A DNA stretch of 62,060 bases, counting the filler, from Chiloscyllium plagiosum (Eukaryota), in the NCBI RefSeq assembly GCF_004010195.1. It is 5 parts of one record of this genome, joined end to end, with 100 filler letters (N's around TTAATTAATTAA, not from the genome) between each part and the next. Parts side by side here need not be neighbours in the genome. Positions count along the whole stretch, not along the records: positions 1 to 29,097 come from NC_057716.1; positions 29,198 to 38,857 come from NC_057716.1; 3 more parts are not named here. One strand, given 5' to 3'. A model generated the notes under the pieces. It ran no database searches. It was not told the DNA's origin and saw only the letters and a list, made by a program, of their open reading frames with translations. A program made the translations under genes and the position numbers. The stretch's first letter is position 1. Each line of letters starts with the position of its first letter. Below are positions 24,581 to 37,789 of the stretch, piece by piece.

Positions 24581-25479
24581 GTCGACAGTCGTAATGTTAT
24601 TTTTACGTCTTGGAGTGTATTGACAGACTTGAATGCCAAAGATGGGAGTTTGGAAGCACCATTAGCATCATTCCTCGGTTTACTCTTTGCATGTTGATGT
24701 GGAGAATTGTGTTCCATTTAATGTTTCTCCAAGCACTGGGACATTTTGTACATTTTAGCCCCAAGTGGGTCATTTTTTGGTGGATGGGAAAATTCATATT
24801 TCATGCGAGATTTGGATGTTCACAGCAGCTTCAAACCACCATCCTTCCAGCAGTGCATTTGTAGTGTCATCTTCAGGTTTGTCCTGAAGTGCCTTTTGGA
24901 AAAAAATATTATCAGCGTGGAGGTAATGAGCAGTTCCATCAGCCTCTCAGCTAAGTTAGCTTTAGTGAAGATACATTCTATACCATTGTGTTGATGTCTG
25001 CCTGTGAATTGGTGATATTTGGCAGCAGGACATGAAATCAAGCCAGGGAATTCCATAGTTGACTCTGACATTGAGCTCACCTTTTCAAGATTGGAAAAAT
25101 TTTGTCATGGTCTTTGCACACATGCAAAGAAATACCAGAAGGTTTTATATCTCACAATCCTTTGTTCCCGAAGTGATAAGAAGTTTGACTGCCTGCCTTT
25201 TACAATCAGCTCTCTGTTGATCTATGAAATGATGACGTATTGTTTTTGAATAACCAAAATTCTGGCAGAATGTTGCTGTAGCACCAATCCATGTTCAGTT
25301 TTTTTAGCTTTCCATCCTTAACATGTTGCTATTTGCTCTTTAAAAATTACCAGTGTACAAAGGAACCTGTGCTGCAGTGTAATGCTTCATTTTTATTTGG
25401 CTTCTCTCTTTATGTTCTCTCCTTATTGCTACTTTAGAGGTGCTGCTTTCTGTCTTTTTATATTCTGTTATTTTAAATG

Positions 25480-26175
25480 AAATTGTTGCCCGTATTGGAG
25501 AGTTTGAGTTGTAAGCAGAGGCTGGATAGACTGGATAGACATTTCTCACTGGAATGCGAGAGATTGATGGGTGACCTTATGCAGGTTATTAAAATCATGA
25601 GGGGTATAGATAAGGTGAATGGTAGGTGTCCTTTCCAAAGGTAGGGGATTTCAAGACTAAGGGGCATATTTTTAAGGTGCTAGAAGAAAGATTTAAAAAA
25701 GAAACGAGGGGCAATTTTTTTTTAACACATTTGTTTATCTGTGTAATGAACTTCGTGAGGAAGTGCTGGATGCAGGTACTGTTATAACATTTAAAAGACA
25801 TTTGGTTAACTACATGAATAAGAAATGCTTGGAAGGATATGGGTCAAACGCAGGCGAGTGGAACTAGTTTAGTTTGGGCACATGATCAGCGTGGACTGGT
25901 TGGACTGAAGGGTTTGTTTCTGTGCTGTATGACTCAATGAATCTATGAAATAACTGAGCAGTACCTCTGTATGGCATTTGTACCAAAACAAAGTATCATT
26001 ATTAACCTTGACTTTAAATTTTAAACATTGGCTTCAAAAGTACTTGGATGAGCACATGAAGTGTCATAACATTCATTGGCCTAGTGTTGGTAATGGGACT
26101 AGTGTAGATTTTATCTAGTTTTGGCAGAACAGGCTTGATGGGCTGAAGGGCCTGTTCTGAACTGTATGATTCTAT
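25480..26175 (+). mobile_element. Two CR1 3' fragments (~25480-25947 and ~26010-26175)
   Basis: GDL..V.KIMRG segment; two separate GAAGGG-containing tails. Confidence 0.8.
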
Positions 26176-26427
26176 AATAGCATGCCTGACTTTTTTCATT
26201 CTTTTGCCCTGTTTCCAAAGAAAACAACATGGCAAAATCGACTGATGACTGTGCTCTGGTGACAAAATATAGAACAATTTTTGTAGCATTCACAGATACA
26301 CTTTATTCTAGAATCACTTTACTCTGGACCTGTTGTAAACTACTGTTTTCTAAAAGAAAATTAGACACACTGACACCTCACACTTGCGCTTGCCATGTTT
26401 CAGTGTAGTTGTTGCCCTCAGTCTTGA

Positions 26428-29097
26428 TTTTTTTAATATAGATATTTTTATTGAAAATTTAACATATTTTTACAAGTTTACAAATACAAAAAACCCAAGT
26501 ATAAACATTGATATACAATTAAATCTTAAATAAATAATAACCAAAATTTATCAAACAAAGAAAAAGATACCGAGAAAAAAAACTCAACTAACTACTAATC
26601 TAACCTACAACTAACCAGACTGTATAATTAAGTCTCTTATTCAAAGAAGAGGAAAAAAAAACGACGGATAACACAGAAATTGGGTACTGAGATACTTGGA
26701 ATGTATTAACATCAAATCGTAACAAAACCCGTATTCATGCGGGATTCCTCTCCCAAGGGGCCCCGGACCAGCCAGGTTCGCCATCTCAATTAAATAAAAG
26801 CCCTTGTTAGGATGGCTGAAATATCTGTATTTATGTAATTCAAGAAGGGCTGCCATATTTTATGGAATAATGTGGTTTTTTGGTGTACCATATTTGTAAG
26901 TCAAGAGGAATACATTTCATGATTAATCTGTGCCAATTCGAAAGTCCAGGGGGGCTCTCAGCCACCCAGTTTACCAAAATATTTTTCCTTGCACAGAAAG
27001 AGAGAATAGAAAATAATCTCTTCACGTGCATATCCAGGGAGGGTAAGTTCGAAAAGCCCAAAAGGAGAGATACAGGGTCCACTTTAATTTCCGTTCCTAA
27101 GATTTCTGTCAGAGCACTTGCTACTTTAGTCCAATATCTACGGATCTTATGACAGATCCATAAGCAATGTATAAGAGTGCCCACCTCTATTTTACATTTG
27201 GGACACATTGGAGATGCTCCTGCCTTAAATTTTGCCAATCGGTCCGGTGCTATATGGGCCCTATGAAGTATCTTCAACTGAATGGCCTGAGTTCTGTTGC
27301 AGATGGTGATTCTTCTTGCGTTTTCCCAAATGTCATTCCACATTTCTATAGAGATTTCCAGTCCCACATCCTGATCCCATGTTTTAAGCAGATTGTCCAT
27401 ATCTCCCGATACTTCATCATGTAATAAATGATAAATAGTGCTGACGGAAGATACCCCATTGGCCATAGCACTCTATGTTCTCTATCTAATTTATAAAGAC
27501 TTTCTAATAACGTAGTCTTCTTCTGTATGTAGTCTCGAATTTGGAAGTATCGAAAGAGGTCTCCATTAGGTAATCCAAATTTCTGACGCAGCTGTTCATA
27601 AGACATCAGGACCCCTTCTTTAACCAGATCCCCTAAACATGAGGTACCCCTGAATCTCCAGAGTTTGAAAGTGACATCTGTAAGCCCGGTTGAAATCCCC
27701 ATGCTCCCACTATCGGAGCATAGGGGGATGTTTTATGTGAGTTGCCCTCATTTTGCCGCATTATATTCCAAGCTTTAATTGTGTTTAGTATTATAGGGTT
27801 TCTACATTGATCCGTAATGATTTTCCTCTTGTCTGATTTTAAAAGGTTAATAAGTGGGCATTTTACTTCAGAAGCCTCGATGTCCAGCCAGATTGATTGT
27901 GGGTCAGACAAGACCCAATCGGCTATGTGACTTAATAGGGAACTTAACTGATATTTCCTAAAATCTGGGAAATCCAATCCTCCCCTTGCCTGTGGAAGCT
28001 GTAGCTTCTTCAGCTTAATGAGGGGCCATCTATGATTCCAAATAAAGAAACCCAACCAGCCATATAATTTACGTTGTGCCAGCCTCGGCAGCATCACCGG
28101 GAGCATTCTCATAGGGTATAGGAGACGGGGCAGGACATTCATTTTAATTAGTGCTATTCTACCTAGCCAGGAAATTGGAAGGTCTCCCCATCGCTGGAGG
28201 TCCTGCCTTATCCTTTCCAGTAAATGCACAAAGTTAGCCTTGTATAACTGACCAAATACTGGGGTAATAAAAATGCCTAAATATAAGAAACCCTCCAGGG
28301 ACCACCTAAAGGGAAAGTGGGATCCATCCAATAAGTGGGATATACTAGCAAGGCCACCCATTGGCATAACCTCCAATTTTGAGAAATTAATTTTATAGCC
28401 TGAAAATACACTAAATGTATTAATAACTTGGATTAAGCGAGGCACGGACATCAAAGGATTACTGAGAAATAGAAGAACATCATCTGCATAAAAGGGTGAT
28501 TTTATGTTTACCTGTACCAATCCTCGGGGCCATTATATTAGGGTCAGCCCGTATAGCTTCCGCTAGTGGCTCGATTATTAGCGTAAATAGCAATGGCAAA
28601 AGAGGATATCCCTGACGGCAGCCCCTATCCACACTGAAGCTATCCGAGCCTAATCCATCGATAATCACAACTGATTTGGGATCACTATACAATGTTGAGA
28701 CCCATTTGATAAACATCTTTCCAGTGCTAAATCTTTCCAATGTGTAAAACAGATATGACCATTCAACCCTGTCGAATGCCTTTACAGCGTCTAATGAGAC
28801 TAGTACACCTGGTATCTTTCCCTGATGGCAGGCTTGAATCACATTCAAAACCCTTCTAACATTATTGGATGATCTATGGCCCTTAATAAACCCCATCTGA
28901 TCCTCCTTTATGATATGTGGCAATACCCCCTTCTAGCCTCAATGCTAACGCAGGCTTGAATCACATTCAAAACCCTTCTAACATTATTGGATGATCTATG
29001 GCCCTTAATAAACCCCATCTGATCCTCCTTTATGATATGTGGCAATACCCCCTTCTAGCCTCAATGCTAACGTTTTAGAAAGGATTTTAAAATCTAC
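26428..29097 (-). mobile_element. L1 LINE ORF2 (RT and C-terminal cysteine-rich domain) with 3' UTR, frameshifted, truncated at the gap
   Basis: DQMGFI, SLDAVKAFDRVEW, GCRQG.PL, YADD, YLGI, GRIALIKMNVLPR, GGLDFPDF and CPKC..GTLIHCLW; minus-strand AATAAA and A-tail at ~26430-26452. Confidence 0.95.
28828..29072. repeat. Exact 122-bp tandem duplication in L1 next to the gap
   Basis: GCAGGCTTGAATC...AATGCTAAC repeated at 28828 and 28950. Confidence 0.9.
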
Positions 29098-29197
29098 NNN
29101 NNNNNNNNNNNNNNNNNNNNNNNNNNNNNNNNNNNNNNNNNTTAATTAATTAANNNNNNNNNNNNNNNNNNNNNNNNNNNNNNNNNNNNNNNNNNNN
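29098..29197. other. Artificial contig spacer
   Basis: 44 N + TTAATTAATTAA + 44 N. Confidence 0.99.
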
Positions 29198-29308
29198 GGT
29201 GCTGAATTCGATGGATTTGACTGAGACAGGGTGGGGGGAGGAGAAATGAGGAAACTGGTGAAATCCTAGTTCATCCCTTGTGGTTGGAGGGTTCCTAGCC
29301 GGAAGATG
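29198..29308 (-). mobile_element. Penelope-like fragment (ORF end / 3' UTR)
   Basis: Matches 7439-7550 of the larger PLE. Confidence 0.85.
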
Positions 29309-29745
29309 AGAATGTTGCCTGGTATGGAAGGAATGTCTTACGAGAAAAGGCTGAGGGACTTGAGGCTGTTTTCGTTGGAGAGAAGAAGGTTGAGAGGTGA
29401 CTTAATAGAGACATATAAGATAATCAGAGGGTTAGAGAGGGTGGACAGGGAGAGCCTTTTTCCAAGTATGGTGACGGCCAGCACAAGGGGGATAGCTTTA
29501 AATTGAGGAGTGATAGATATAGGACAGATGTCAGAGGTAGTTTCTTTACTCAGAGAGTAGTAAGGACGTGGAATGCACTGCCTACAATATTCGTAGACGC
29601 GCCAACTTTAAGGGCATTTATATGGTCATTGGATAGTCATATGGATGAGCTGGAATAGTGTGGGTTAGATAGGCTTCAGATTGGTTCCACAGGTCAGCCC
29701 AACATCGAGGGCTGAAGGGCCTGTACTGCACTGGAATGTTCTATG
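29306..29745 (+). mobile_element. CR1 3' fragment
   Basis: RMLPGMEG..RRRLRGDLIETYKII; tail GGGCTGAAGGGCC. Confidence 0.92.
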
Positions 29746-29749
29746 TTTT

Positions 29750-30615
29750 ACCCCTGAAGATGGCAGGACAAGTTAATAGGACAATTCAGGACAAGTTAAT
29801 AGGATAATTCAGAAGGAATATGGGACACTTGTCTACCCAGTTGAGGTATAGATTATGAGAGCAGGGAGGTTATGCTGACTTGTTTGATTAGATTGTGATT
29901 TTCCTTAATACTTCTGGTACTTTTCCAACAGTAGGTTTTTGGTTAATTAGTCTGGTTACTAGGGGTGTCATAGAGTCATACAGCACAGAAAAAAGACCAT
30001 TCAGCCCAACCTGTCTATACCGACCAAACTTCCTAAACGGAACTAGTCCCATTTATTTGCGATTAGCTCTTATCCTTCTAAACGTTTACATGGATTTTAG
30101 TGAGACTTGCGACAATGTCCCTCCTGGTTGGCTCATCCAGGAGATTAAGATGCATGGGATCCATGGTAATTTTGCCACGTGGATTCTGAATTGGCTTGCC
30201 CATAGAAGGCAGAGGGTACTGTTTGAAGGGTGGTTTTTTTTCAGGCTGGAGGTCTATGGCTAGTGGTGTTGTACACGGATCAGTACTGGGACCTCTGCTG
30301 TTTGTGAGGTATGGCAATGACTTGGATGGAAATGTAGATGGTGGGTTAGTAAGTTTGCAGACAATACAGAGATAGGAGGAGTTATAGACAATGTAGAAAG
30401 TTGTCAAAGGATACAGTGGGACATAGATCAGTTGCAGATATAGGTGGAGAAATGGCAGATGGAGTTTAGTTCAGGGAAGCGTGAGGTGCTGCACTTTGGG
30501 AAATCGGATGTTAAGAAAAAGTATCCAGTTAATGGTGAATGTTCGGGTATTAAGGAGTTCAGAGGGACCCTGGAGTTCAGGTGCATGGTTCTCTGAAAAT
30601 GGAGTCACAGGTGGA
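29750..30615 (+). mobile_element. CR1 RT fragments, with a minus-strand tail at ~29968-30080
   Basis: VYMDFS, WILNWL and GSVLGPLLF motifs. Confidence 0.85.
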
Positions 30616-30626
30616 GTCATAGTATC

Positions 30627-30754
30627 CTGATGAAGGGCTTTTGCACGAAACGTCGATTTTCCCGCTCCTTGGATGCTGCCTGAACTGCTGTGCCCTTCCA
30701 GCACCACTCTAATCCAGAATCTGGTTTCCAGCATCTGCAGTCATTGTTTTTACC
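30627..30754 (+). mobile_element. Mini-PLE starting exactly at a hammerhead core, 10-bp TSD
   Basis: CTGATGA-A-GGGC-TTTT-GCAC-GAAA-CG-TC at 30627-30654; TSD TCATAGTATC at 30617-30626 and 30755-30764. Confidence 0.82.
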
Positions 30755-30756
30755 TC

Positions 30757-31410
30757 ATAGTATCATATCCAGCACGAAAACAGATCTTTCAGCCCAGACT
30801 GCTCCATGCCGACCAAAACATCCGTCCATGCCAACCGCATTTCCTTGCACTTGGCCCATATCCTTCTAACCTTTTCCTATCCATGTATTTGTCCAAACGC
30901 CTTTTAAATGTTGTTAATGTACCCACCTCAACCACTTCCACTGGCAGCTCATTCCCCATGCATACCACCCTCGGTGTAAAAACGTTTCCCCTCAGGTTCC
31001 CTTTTATTCTTTCCCCTCTAACCCTAACCTGATGTCCTCTAGTCCTCCATTCCCCAACCCTAGGTAAAATACTGAGTGCATTCACCCTATCCATGCCTCT
31101 CATGATCTTATACACCTCTATAAGATCCCCCCTCAGTCTCCTGTGCTCTGAAAAAGAAAGTCCCAGTTTATCCACCCTCTCCCTGTAACTCAGACCCTGA
31201 GTCCTGGCAACATCCTGGTAAATTTCATCTGCAATCTTTCCAGTTTAATAACATCCTTCCTGTAGCAAGGTGACCAAAACTGAACACAATACTCCAAGTA
31301 CGGCCTCACCAATGTCCTGTATAACTGCAACATAACTTCCCAACCTCTGTACTCACTAACATAATTGATGAAGGCTATTGTGCCAAATCCTTCTTCACTG
31401 CCCTGTCTAC
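30757..31410 (-). mobile_element. CR1 3' fragment
   Basis: LYRTLVRPYLEYCVQFWSP and RRLRGDLIEVYKIMRG. Confidence 0.92.
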
Positions 31411-31424
31411 CTGCAGAGAATGCC

Positions 31425-32360
31425 TGTTGCATTAAATTGCATCTATTTCATTGCAAGAGGACTGACAGGTAAGGCCGATAAACTCAGGGCGTTGATAGGT
31501 ATGTGGGACTGGGATATTATAGCCAATACAGAAACATGGCTCAGGGACGGACGGGACTGACAGCTTAATATGCCAGGGTACAAGTACTTTAGGTGAGACA
31601 GAGGTGGTAGAAAGAGGGGAGAGGAGCTGCATTGTTGATTAAGGCAAGTATCATACCAGTAACTCGACAATAAACAATAGACAATAGGTGCAGGAGTAGG
31701 CCATTCTGCCCTTCGAGCCTGCACCACCATTCAATATGATCATGGCTGATCATCCTGAATCAGTATCCTGTTCCTGCCTTATCTCCATAACCCTTGATTC
31801 CACTATCTTTGAGAGCTCTATCCAACTCTTTCTTAAATGAATCCAGAGACTGGGCCTCCACTGCCCTCTGGGGCAGAGCATTCCACACAGCCACCTCTCT
31901 CTGGGTGAAGGAGTTTCTCCTCATCTCTGTCCTAAATGGTCTATCCCGTTTTTTAAGCTGTGTCCTCTGGTTCGGCACTCACCTATCAGCGGAAACATGT
32001 TTCCTGCCTCCAGAGTGTCCAATCCTTTAATAATCTTATATGTCTCAATCAGATCCCCTCTCAGTCTTCTAAACTCAAGGGTATACAAGCCCAGTCGCTT
32101 CAGTCTTTCAGCGTAAGGTAATCCTGCCATTCCAGGAATTCACCTCGTGAACCTACGCTGCACTCCCTCAATAGCCAGAATGTCTTTCCTTAAATTTGGA
32201 GACCAGAACTGCCCTAGAGCTAAAATAACTGAAGGATCATCCAATGAGGCTTTCTGGATGGAGCCAAGAAATATCAAGGGGATGGTGACGTTATTGGGGT
32301 TGTACTGTAGGTCCCCAAATAGTCAGCGGGAATTAGATGAACAAATATGCAGGAAGACTT
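31425..32360 (+). mobile_element. CR1 APE endonuclease fragment, interrupted by a younger CR1
   Basis: CIYFIARGL..DII..TETWL before the insert; LLGLYCRSPN after it. Confidence 0.8.
31667..32211 (-). mobile_element. Young CR1 3' fragment nested in the older CR1
   Basis: LGLYTLEFRRLRGDLIETYKIIKG and WNALP; tail (CTATTGT)n. Confidence 0.93.
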
Positions 32361-32379
32361 ACAGGAGAATCTTTTTCCA

Positions 32380-34900
32380 GACTTGAAATATCAAATATGA
32401 GGGGTCGTGCTTTTAAGGTGTGAAGGTAAAGTTCAAAGGGCATGTGAGGGGCAAGATTATTACACAGAGAGTGTTGGAGCCTGGAACACAGTGCCAGGGG
32501 TGATGGAGGCTGAGGCAGATATGATAAGAACGTTTAAGAAACTTTTAGATAACCTCATGGATATGCAAGGAATGGAAGCCGAAGGGATTAGTTAAATTGG
32601 CATCATGTTCTGAACAACATCATGGGCTGAAGGCCTGTTCCTATACTGTCCAGTTCTATGCTCTGTGTTCTGTAAACCTTTCCTATCCATGTACCCAGAG
32701 AGTACATTGTCATTGTACCTGCCTCAATAACTTCGTCTGGCTACTCATTCCATAACCCCATCTAACCAGAACCCTCTGTGTGAACAAGCTGCCCCTCAGG
32801 TCCCTTTGATAGCTTTCCCCTCTCACCATAAACCTATGTCTTCTAGTTTTGAACTCCCCTACCCTGGGGAAAAGACTATTCTATTCACCGTATCCAAGCC
32901 CTTCGGGATTTTATAAACATCTATAAAGTCACACCTCATTGTCCTACTCTCCAGAGGGAAAAGCCACAGCCTCTCCTTGTAACTCAATCTTTCCAATCAC
33001 AGTGCACTTTAATTACATCCTTCTGATAGCAGAGCAACCAGAATTGTACACAACTACTCCAAATGTGGCCTTAGCAGTGGCTTGTACAGCCATAACATGA
33101 CATTTCAGCTCCTGTACTCAGTGCTTTGATTGAAGAAGGTAAGTGTGCCAAACGTATTCTTCCCTACCCTGTCTACCTGTGACACCACTCTCAAGGAACT
33201 ATATACCTGAACCCTGAGGTCTCTGTGTTCAACAACACTCCCTGGGGCCTGAGCATTACCTGTGTAAGTCCTGCCCGGGTTTATCTTACCAAAGTGCAAC
33301 ATTTACCTGAATTAAACTTCACCGACCATTCCTCGGCCCACTGACCCAGTTGACCAAGATCCTTTGTACTCTAAGATAACCTTCACTGTCACCAGGCCAC
33401 CAATTTTGGTGTCATCTGCAACTTTATGAACCATGCATCCTACATGCACATGCAAATAATTTAAAGACCAAAGAGCACTCCGGCACAGGAACAGGCCCTT
33501 CGGCCCTCCAAGCCTGTGCTGACACATTTTGCCCTTCCCTTACAGGATCCGTACCCCTCTATTCCCCTCCTATTCCTGTATCCGTCCAGGTGTTTGTTGA
33601 ATGCTGCTGTTGTATCTGCTTCCACCCCCCTCCTCTAGCAGCACGTCCCAGGCTCTCCCCACCCTTTGGGTAAAACACCTCCCTCGCACATCTCTTTTAA
33701 ACATCTCCCCACCCCCCCACCACACCTTGAACCTGTATCCCCTGGTAACTGACCCCTCCACCCTGGGGAAAAGCCTCATATTTCCCACTCTATCCCTGCC
33801 ATTCACAATCGTATAAACTTCTATCAGGTCGCCACTCAACCCCCTGCGTTCCAGTGAAAACACAGACCCCTAAAGCACAGAGAGAGACCCTTCGGCCCAG
33901 TCTGCTCCGTGCTGACCAGAATATCCATCCACACTAACCCCATCTCCCTGCAGTTGGCCCATATCCTTCTAACTCTTTCCTATCTGTGGATTTGTCCAAA
34001 TGCCTGTTAAATGTTGTTAATGTACCCGCCTCAACCACTTCCACTGGCAGCTCATTCCATGTGTGTACCACCCTCTGTATAAAAACGTTTCCCCTCAGGT
34101 TCCCTTTTATTCTTTCCCCTCTCACCTTAACCTGATACCCTCTAGTCCCCGATTCCCCAACCCTGGGAAAGAGGCTGAGTGTATTCACCCTATCCATGCC
34201 TCTCATGATCTTATACACTTCAATAACATCCCCCACCCCTCAGTCTCCTACGCTCTAAAGAAAAAGGTCCTAGTTTATCCAACCTCTCCCTGTAACTCAG
34301 ACCCTTGAGTCCTGGCAACATCCTTGTAAATATCTTCTGCACTGTTTCCAGTTTAATAACATCCTTCCTATAGCAAGGTGATGAAAACTGAGCACAATCC
34401 TCCAAGTGCAGCCTCACCAATGTCCTGTATAACTGCAACATAACTCCCCAACTTCTACACTCAATGCTCTGACTGATGAAGGCCAGTGTACCAAAAGCCC
34501 TGTCTCCCTGGGACCTGATCCCTGTGGAACACAACTAGTCCCAGCCCTCCATTCTGAAAAGCATCCTTCCCCCAATCCCCTCTGTCTGTTATGACGAACC
34601 AGTTCTGTCTCCATCTTGCAACTCACACCTGATACCATGGGACCTCACCTTTTGTACCCGTCTGCCATGAGGGGCCTTGTCAAAGGCTTTACTGAAATAC
34701 ATGTAGACAACATCAACCACTTTTCCCTCCTCAATAATCTTCATCGCCTCCTCAAAAACCCTGGATGCTGCCTGACCTGCTGTGCTGTTCCAGCAATAAA
34801 GTTTCAGCTTTGATCTCCAGCATCTGCAGACCTCACTTTCTCCTCCTCAAAAACTCAATCAAGTTAGTGAGGCATGACCTCCCCTGCAAAAATCATGCTG
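32380..34900 (-). mobile_element. Cluster of CR1 fragments (+32380-32670; -32675-33460; -33465-33862; -33870-34900)
   Basis: Repeated RT and C-terminal motifs (ADDTKIG, LHFGK, GDLIEVY, LYRTLVR) and several tails. Confidence 0.88.
34760..34841 (+). mobile_element. Very short PLE 3'-end insertion with 13-bp TSD, no hammerhead core
   Basis: CTGGATGCTGCCTGACCTGCTG...CAGCATCTGCAGACCTCACTTTC; TSD CCTCCTCAAAAAC at 34747-34759 and 34842-34854. Confidence 0.8.
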
Positions 34901-35229
34901 TATATCACTAATCAGTCCATTTACATTTAAGTGTGTAAAGAAGTTGTGACAATAACAGTGGACCCAGAACTGATTGTTGTGACACCCTGTCGGTCACAGG
35001 CCTCCAATCTGAATAACCACCCTCTGGATTCGAGAACGTGTCATGTACAAGTCGAAATGAAAGAATAATATAGTACATAAGGAGGACCTCATGGTGAGGA
35101 GCCTCAAGGACAATGGATGTGCAGACACCCACCAGCTCAAGGTGTAAGTAATTTCAACTTCACTCACATTAACTGGGATTGCCTTTGTGTGAAAGATTAA
35201 ACAGGTGGAATGTTTAAAGGTGCATCCAG

Positions 35230-35390
35230 GAGAGATTCTTGTATTATTAGAGAGATTTAAACAATCCTTGGATAAGCACATGGATGATGATAGTATAGTG
35301 TTGGGGGACGAGCTGAGAATAGTTCACAGGTCGGTGCAACATCGAGGGCCGAAGGGCCTGTTCTGTGCTGTATTGTTCTACGTTCTATTA
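35230..35390 (+). mobile_element. CR1 3' tail
   Basis: FKQSLDKHMD; GGGCCGAAGGGCC tail. Confidence 0.85.
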
Positions 35391-35834
35391 TGTAAATTGC
35401 CCGACTGGAGAATGGAGCAATGTAACCTCTGACAATCCCAAGGAATGAAGGTAGTCAGGTGGGTGAAATGTCAGTGGGTGAGCATTTCGGGGATATATCT
35501 CTGTAAGTTTCAAAGTCATTCTGGAAAGGGATCAGGATAGTACAGAAGTCTACACAGAGTGCAGATCTGTACAGAGTAGATCATGAGAATCTCTTCCCCA
35601 CGGCAGATGTGACTGAGAGCAGAGAGCAGGGTGGTCGGGGTTTGGAGAGGAGGGTGGAGGCAGATACTCTCACAACATTTCTGGACGAGCACATACAATG
35701 CCAGGGCATAGTGGGCTACAGACCAAGTACAGGCAAATGGGTGGGATGTAGATTGGTATTTGTTAATTGATAAACAATCTGTTTCTGTACTGTATGACTC
35801 CCTGACCAAGACACACCAGACTGTGGTGTGGGAG

Positions 35835-37140
35835 TCCTCAGAGTGGCTCGGCAGCAGCATTACTGATCAAGCTGGTCAGGTCCTAAAGGACATCGCTGCT
35901 AGACTGGATCCAACAAGAGGGAAAACCATACTGACCTCATCCTCACCAATCTGCCGGCTGCAGGTGTATCTGACCATGACAGTATTGGTGAGAGTGACCA
36001 CCGCACTGTCCTTGTGGAGACAAAGTCCCCACCTTCACATTGAGAATACCCTCCATTGTGTTGTGAGGCACTGTCACCCTGCTAAATGGGACAGACCTCA
36101 ACAGATCTAACAACTCAGGACGGGGCATCCATGAGACACTGTGGGTCATCACCAGCAGCAGGACTGTACTCCAGCACAATCTGTAACCTCATGGCCCGGC
36201 ATATCCCCCACTCAACCATTACCATCAACCAGGGGATCAACCCTGGTTCAACAGAGAGTGTAGGAGGACATGCCAGGAGCAGCACCAGGCAGACCTGAAG
36301 ATGAGGTGTCAACCTGGTGAAGCTACCAAACAGGACTACTTGATGCCAAACAGTAAGTGATAGGCAGTGCCTAAGCGATCCCACAACCAATGGCCCAGAC
36401 CTAAACTCTACAGTCCTGCCACATCCAGTCGGGAATGATGGTGGACAATGAACAACTCACTGAAGGAGGAGGCTTCACAAATATCCCTGTCTCAATGCTG
36501 GAGGAGCCCAGCACATCAGGGCAAAAGATAAGGCTGATGCATTCCCAACACCTTCAGTCAGAAGTGCTGAGTGGATGTTCCATCTCAGCCCCTGCCAGTG
36601 ATCCCCAGTGTCACAGACACCAGTCTCCAGCCAATTCGATTCCCTCCACGTGATGTCGAGAAACAGTTGGAGACACTGGTTACTGCAAAGGCAATGGGCC
36701 CTGACAACATTACATTACAGTGTGGAAACAGGCCCTTCGGCCCAACAAGTCCACACCGACCCGCCGAAGCACAACCCACCCAGACCCCTACATTTAGGCC
36801 TTACCTAACCACATTCTTCAATAGTACTGAAGACGTGTGCTCCCGAACTTGCCATTCCCTCGCCAAGCTGTTCCAGTGTTCCAACACTGGTATCTACCTG
36901 ACAATGTGGAAATCTGCCCAGGTATACCCTGTACACAAAATGCAGGACAAACCCAACCCGGCCAATTACCGCCCAATCAATCTACTCTCCATTCTCAGGA
37001 AAGTGATGGAAGGGGTCAGTAACAGAGCTACCAAGCAGCACCAGCTCAGCAATAACCTGCTCAGTGACGCCCAGTTTGGGTTCCCCCAGGGCCACTCAGC
37101 TCCTGACTTCATTCCAGCCTTGGGTCAAACTTGGACAAAA
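35835..37140 (+). mobile_element. Distinct CR1/L2-group LINE ORF2 fragment (APE end to RT start)
   Basis: PTRGK, KAMGPDNI, NPANYRPINLLSILRKVMEG and LSDAQFGF..GHSAPD. Confidence 0.85.
36709..36810 (-). mobile_element. 5'-truncated HE1 SINE nested in the LINE
   Basis: Reverse complement of the HE1 3' ~100 nt. Confidence 0.85.
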
Positions 37141-37789
37141 AGGTCACACTCCAACAAAGTCCTGTTTTGTATTCTTTAGAGACGTATTTCCTGACATCAC
37201 TCTGAAGAGTCTGGTTAAAGTTAAATATTCTCACCTCTTTCAGGTCTCTAATTTATTCTGGATTAGTTTTACTAACCAGGTAGTTCAGCCCATCGAATCT
37301 TTCCCAGCCTGCACTACTGCATCATCATCTAAAACTACCCTCATAATGTTCCAGCCCTTTCTGTGTGAAATGTTCTCTATCAACCACCTCAAATATTATC
37401 ATCAATTTAAACACAGAATTTGATAACATCTTACTGATATTCACAAATTTCAAACTTTGTGCTTGTTTTGTCCTTTTTGTAATTATGAGATTCCAAATGT
37501 GCTGCACATTCCCTATTTCTAGAACTTTCTCACATCAATCTTTCAAAATGCACTGTTCCCTTCTCCCACCAATCTATTCTGCCCTATTGTGGTGTAAAAT
37601 TCCAAGCAGTGGAATGTGGTGAAACGGTTAAAAATTATGTCCCAATACATGTGTGAATCTAACCAGAATGGAGGTGTTGCTTAGTCCCGTGTGAATCTTC
37701 TTATCTGTATGTAACCAGAATGGAATGTGTTTTTTAGCCTTGCTCTGCTGTTCACATGAATGTTTATATCTGGAAAAGAGTATATCAGC

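Noticed and set aside
24600..25250. Possible decayed transposase on the minus strand (LHADN-like words)
   Set aside because: Too fragmentary to assign by eye; needs a frameshift-aware HMM search.
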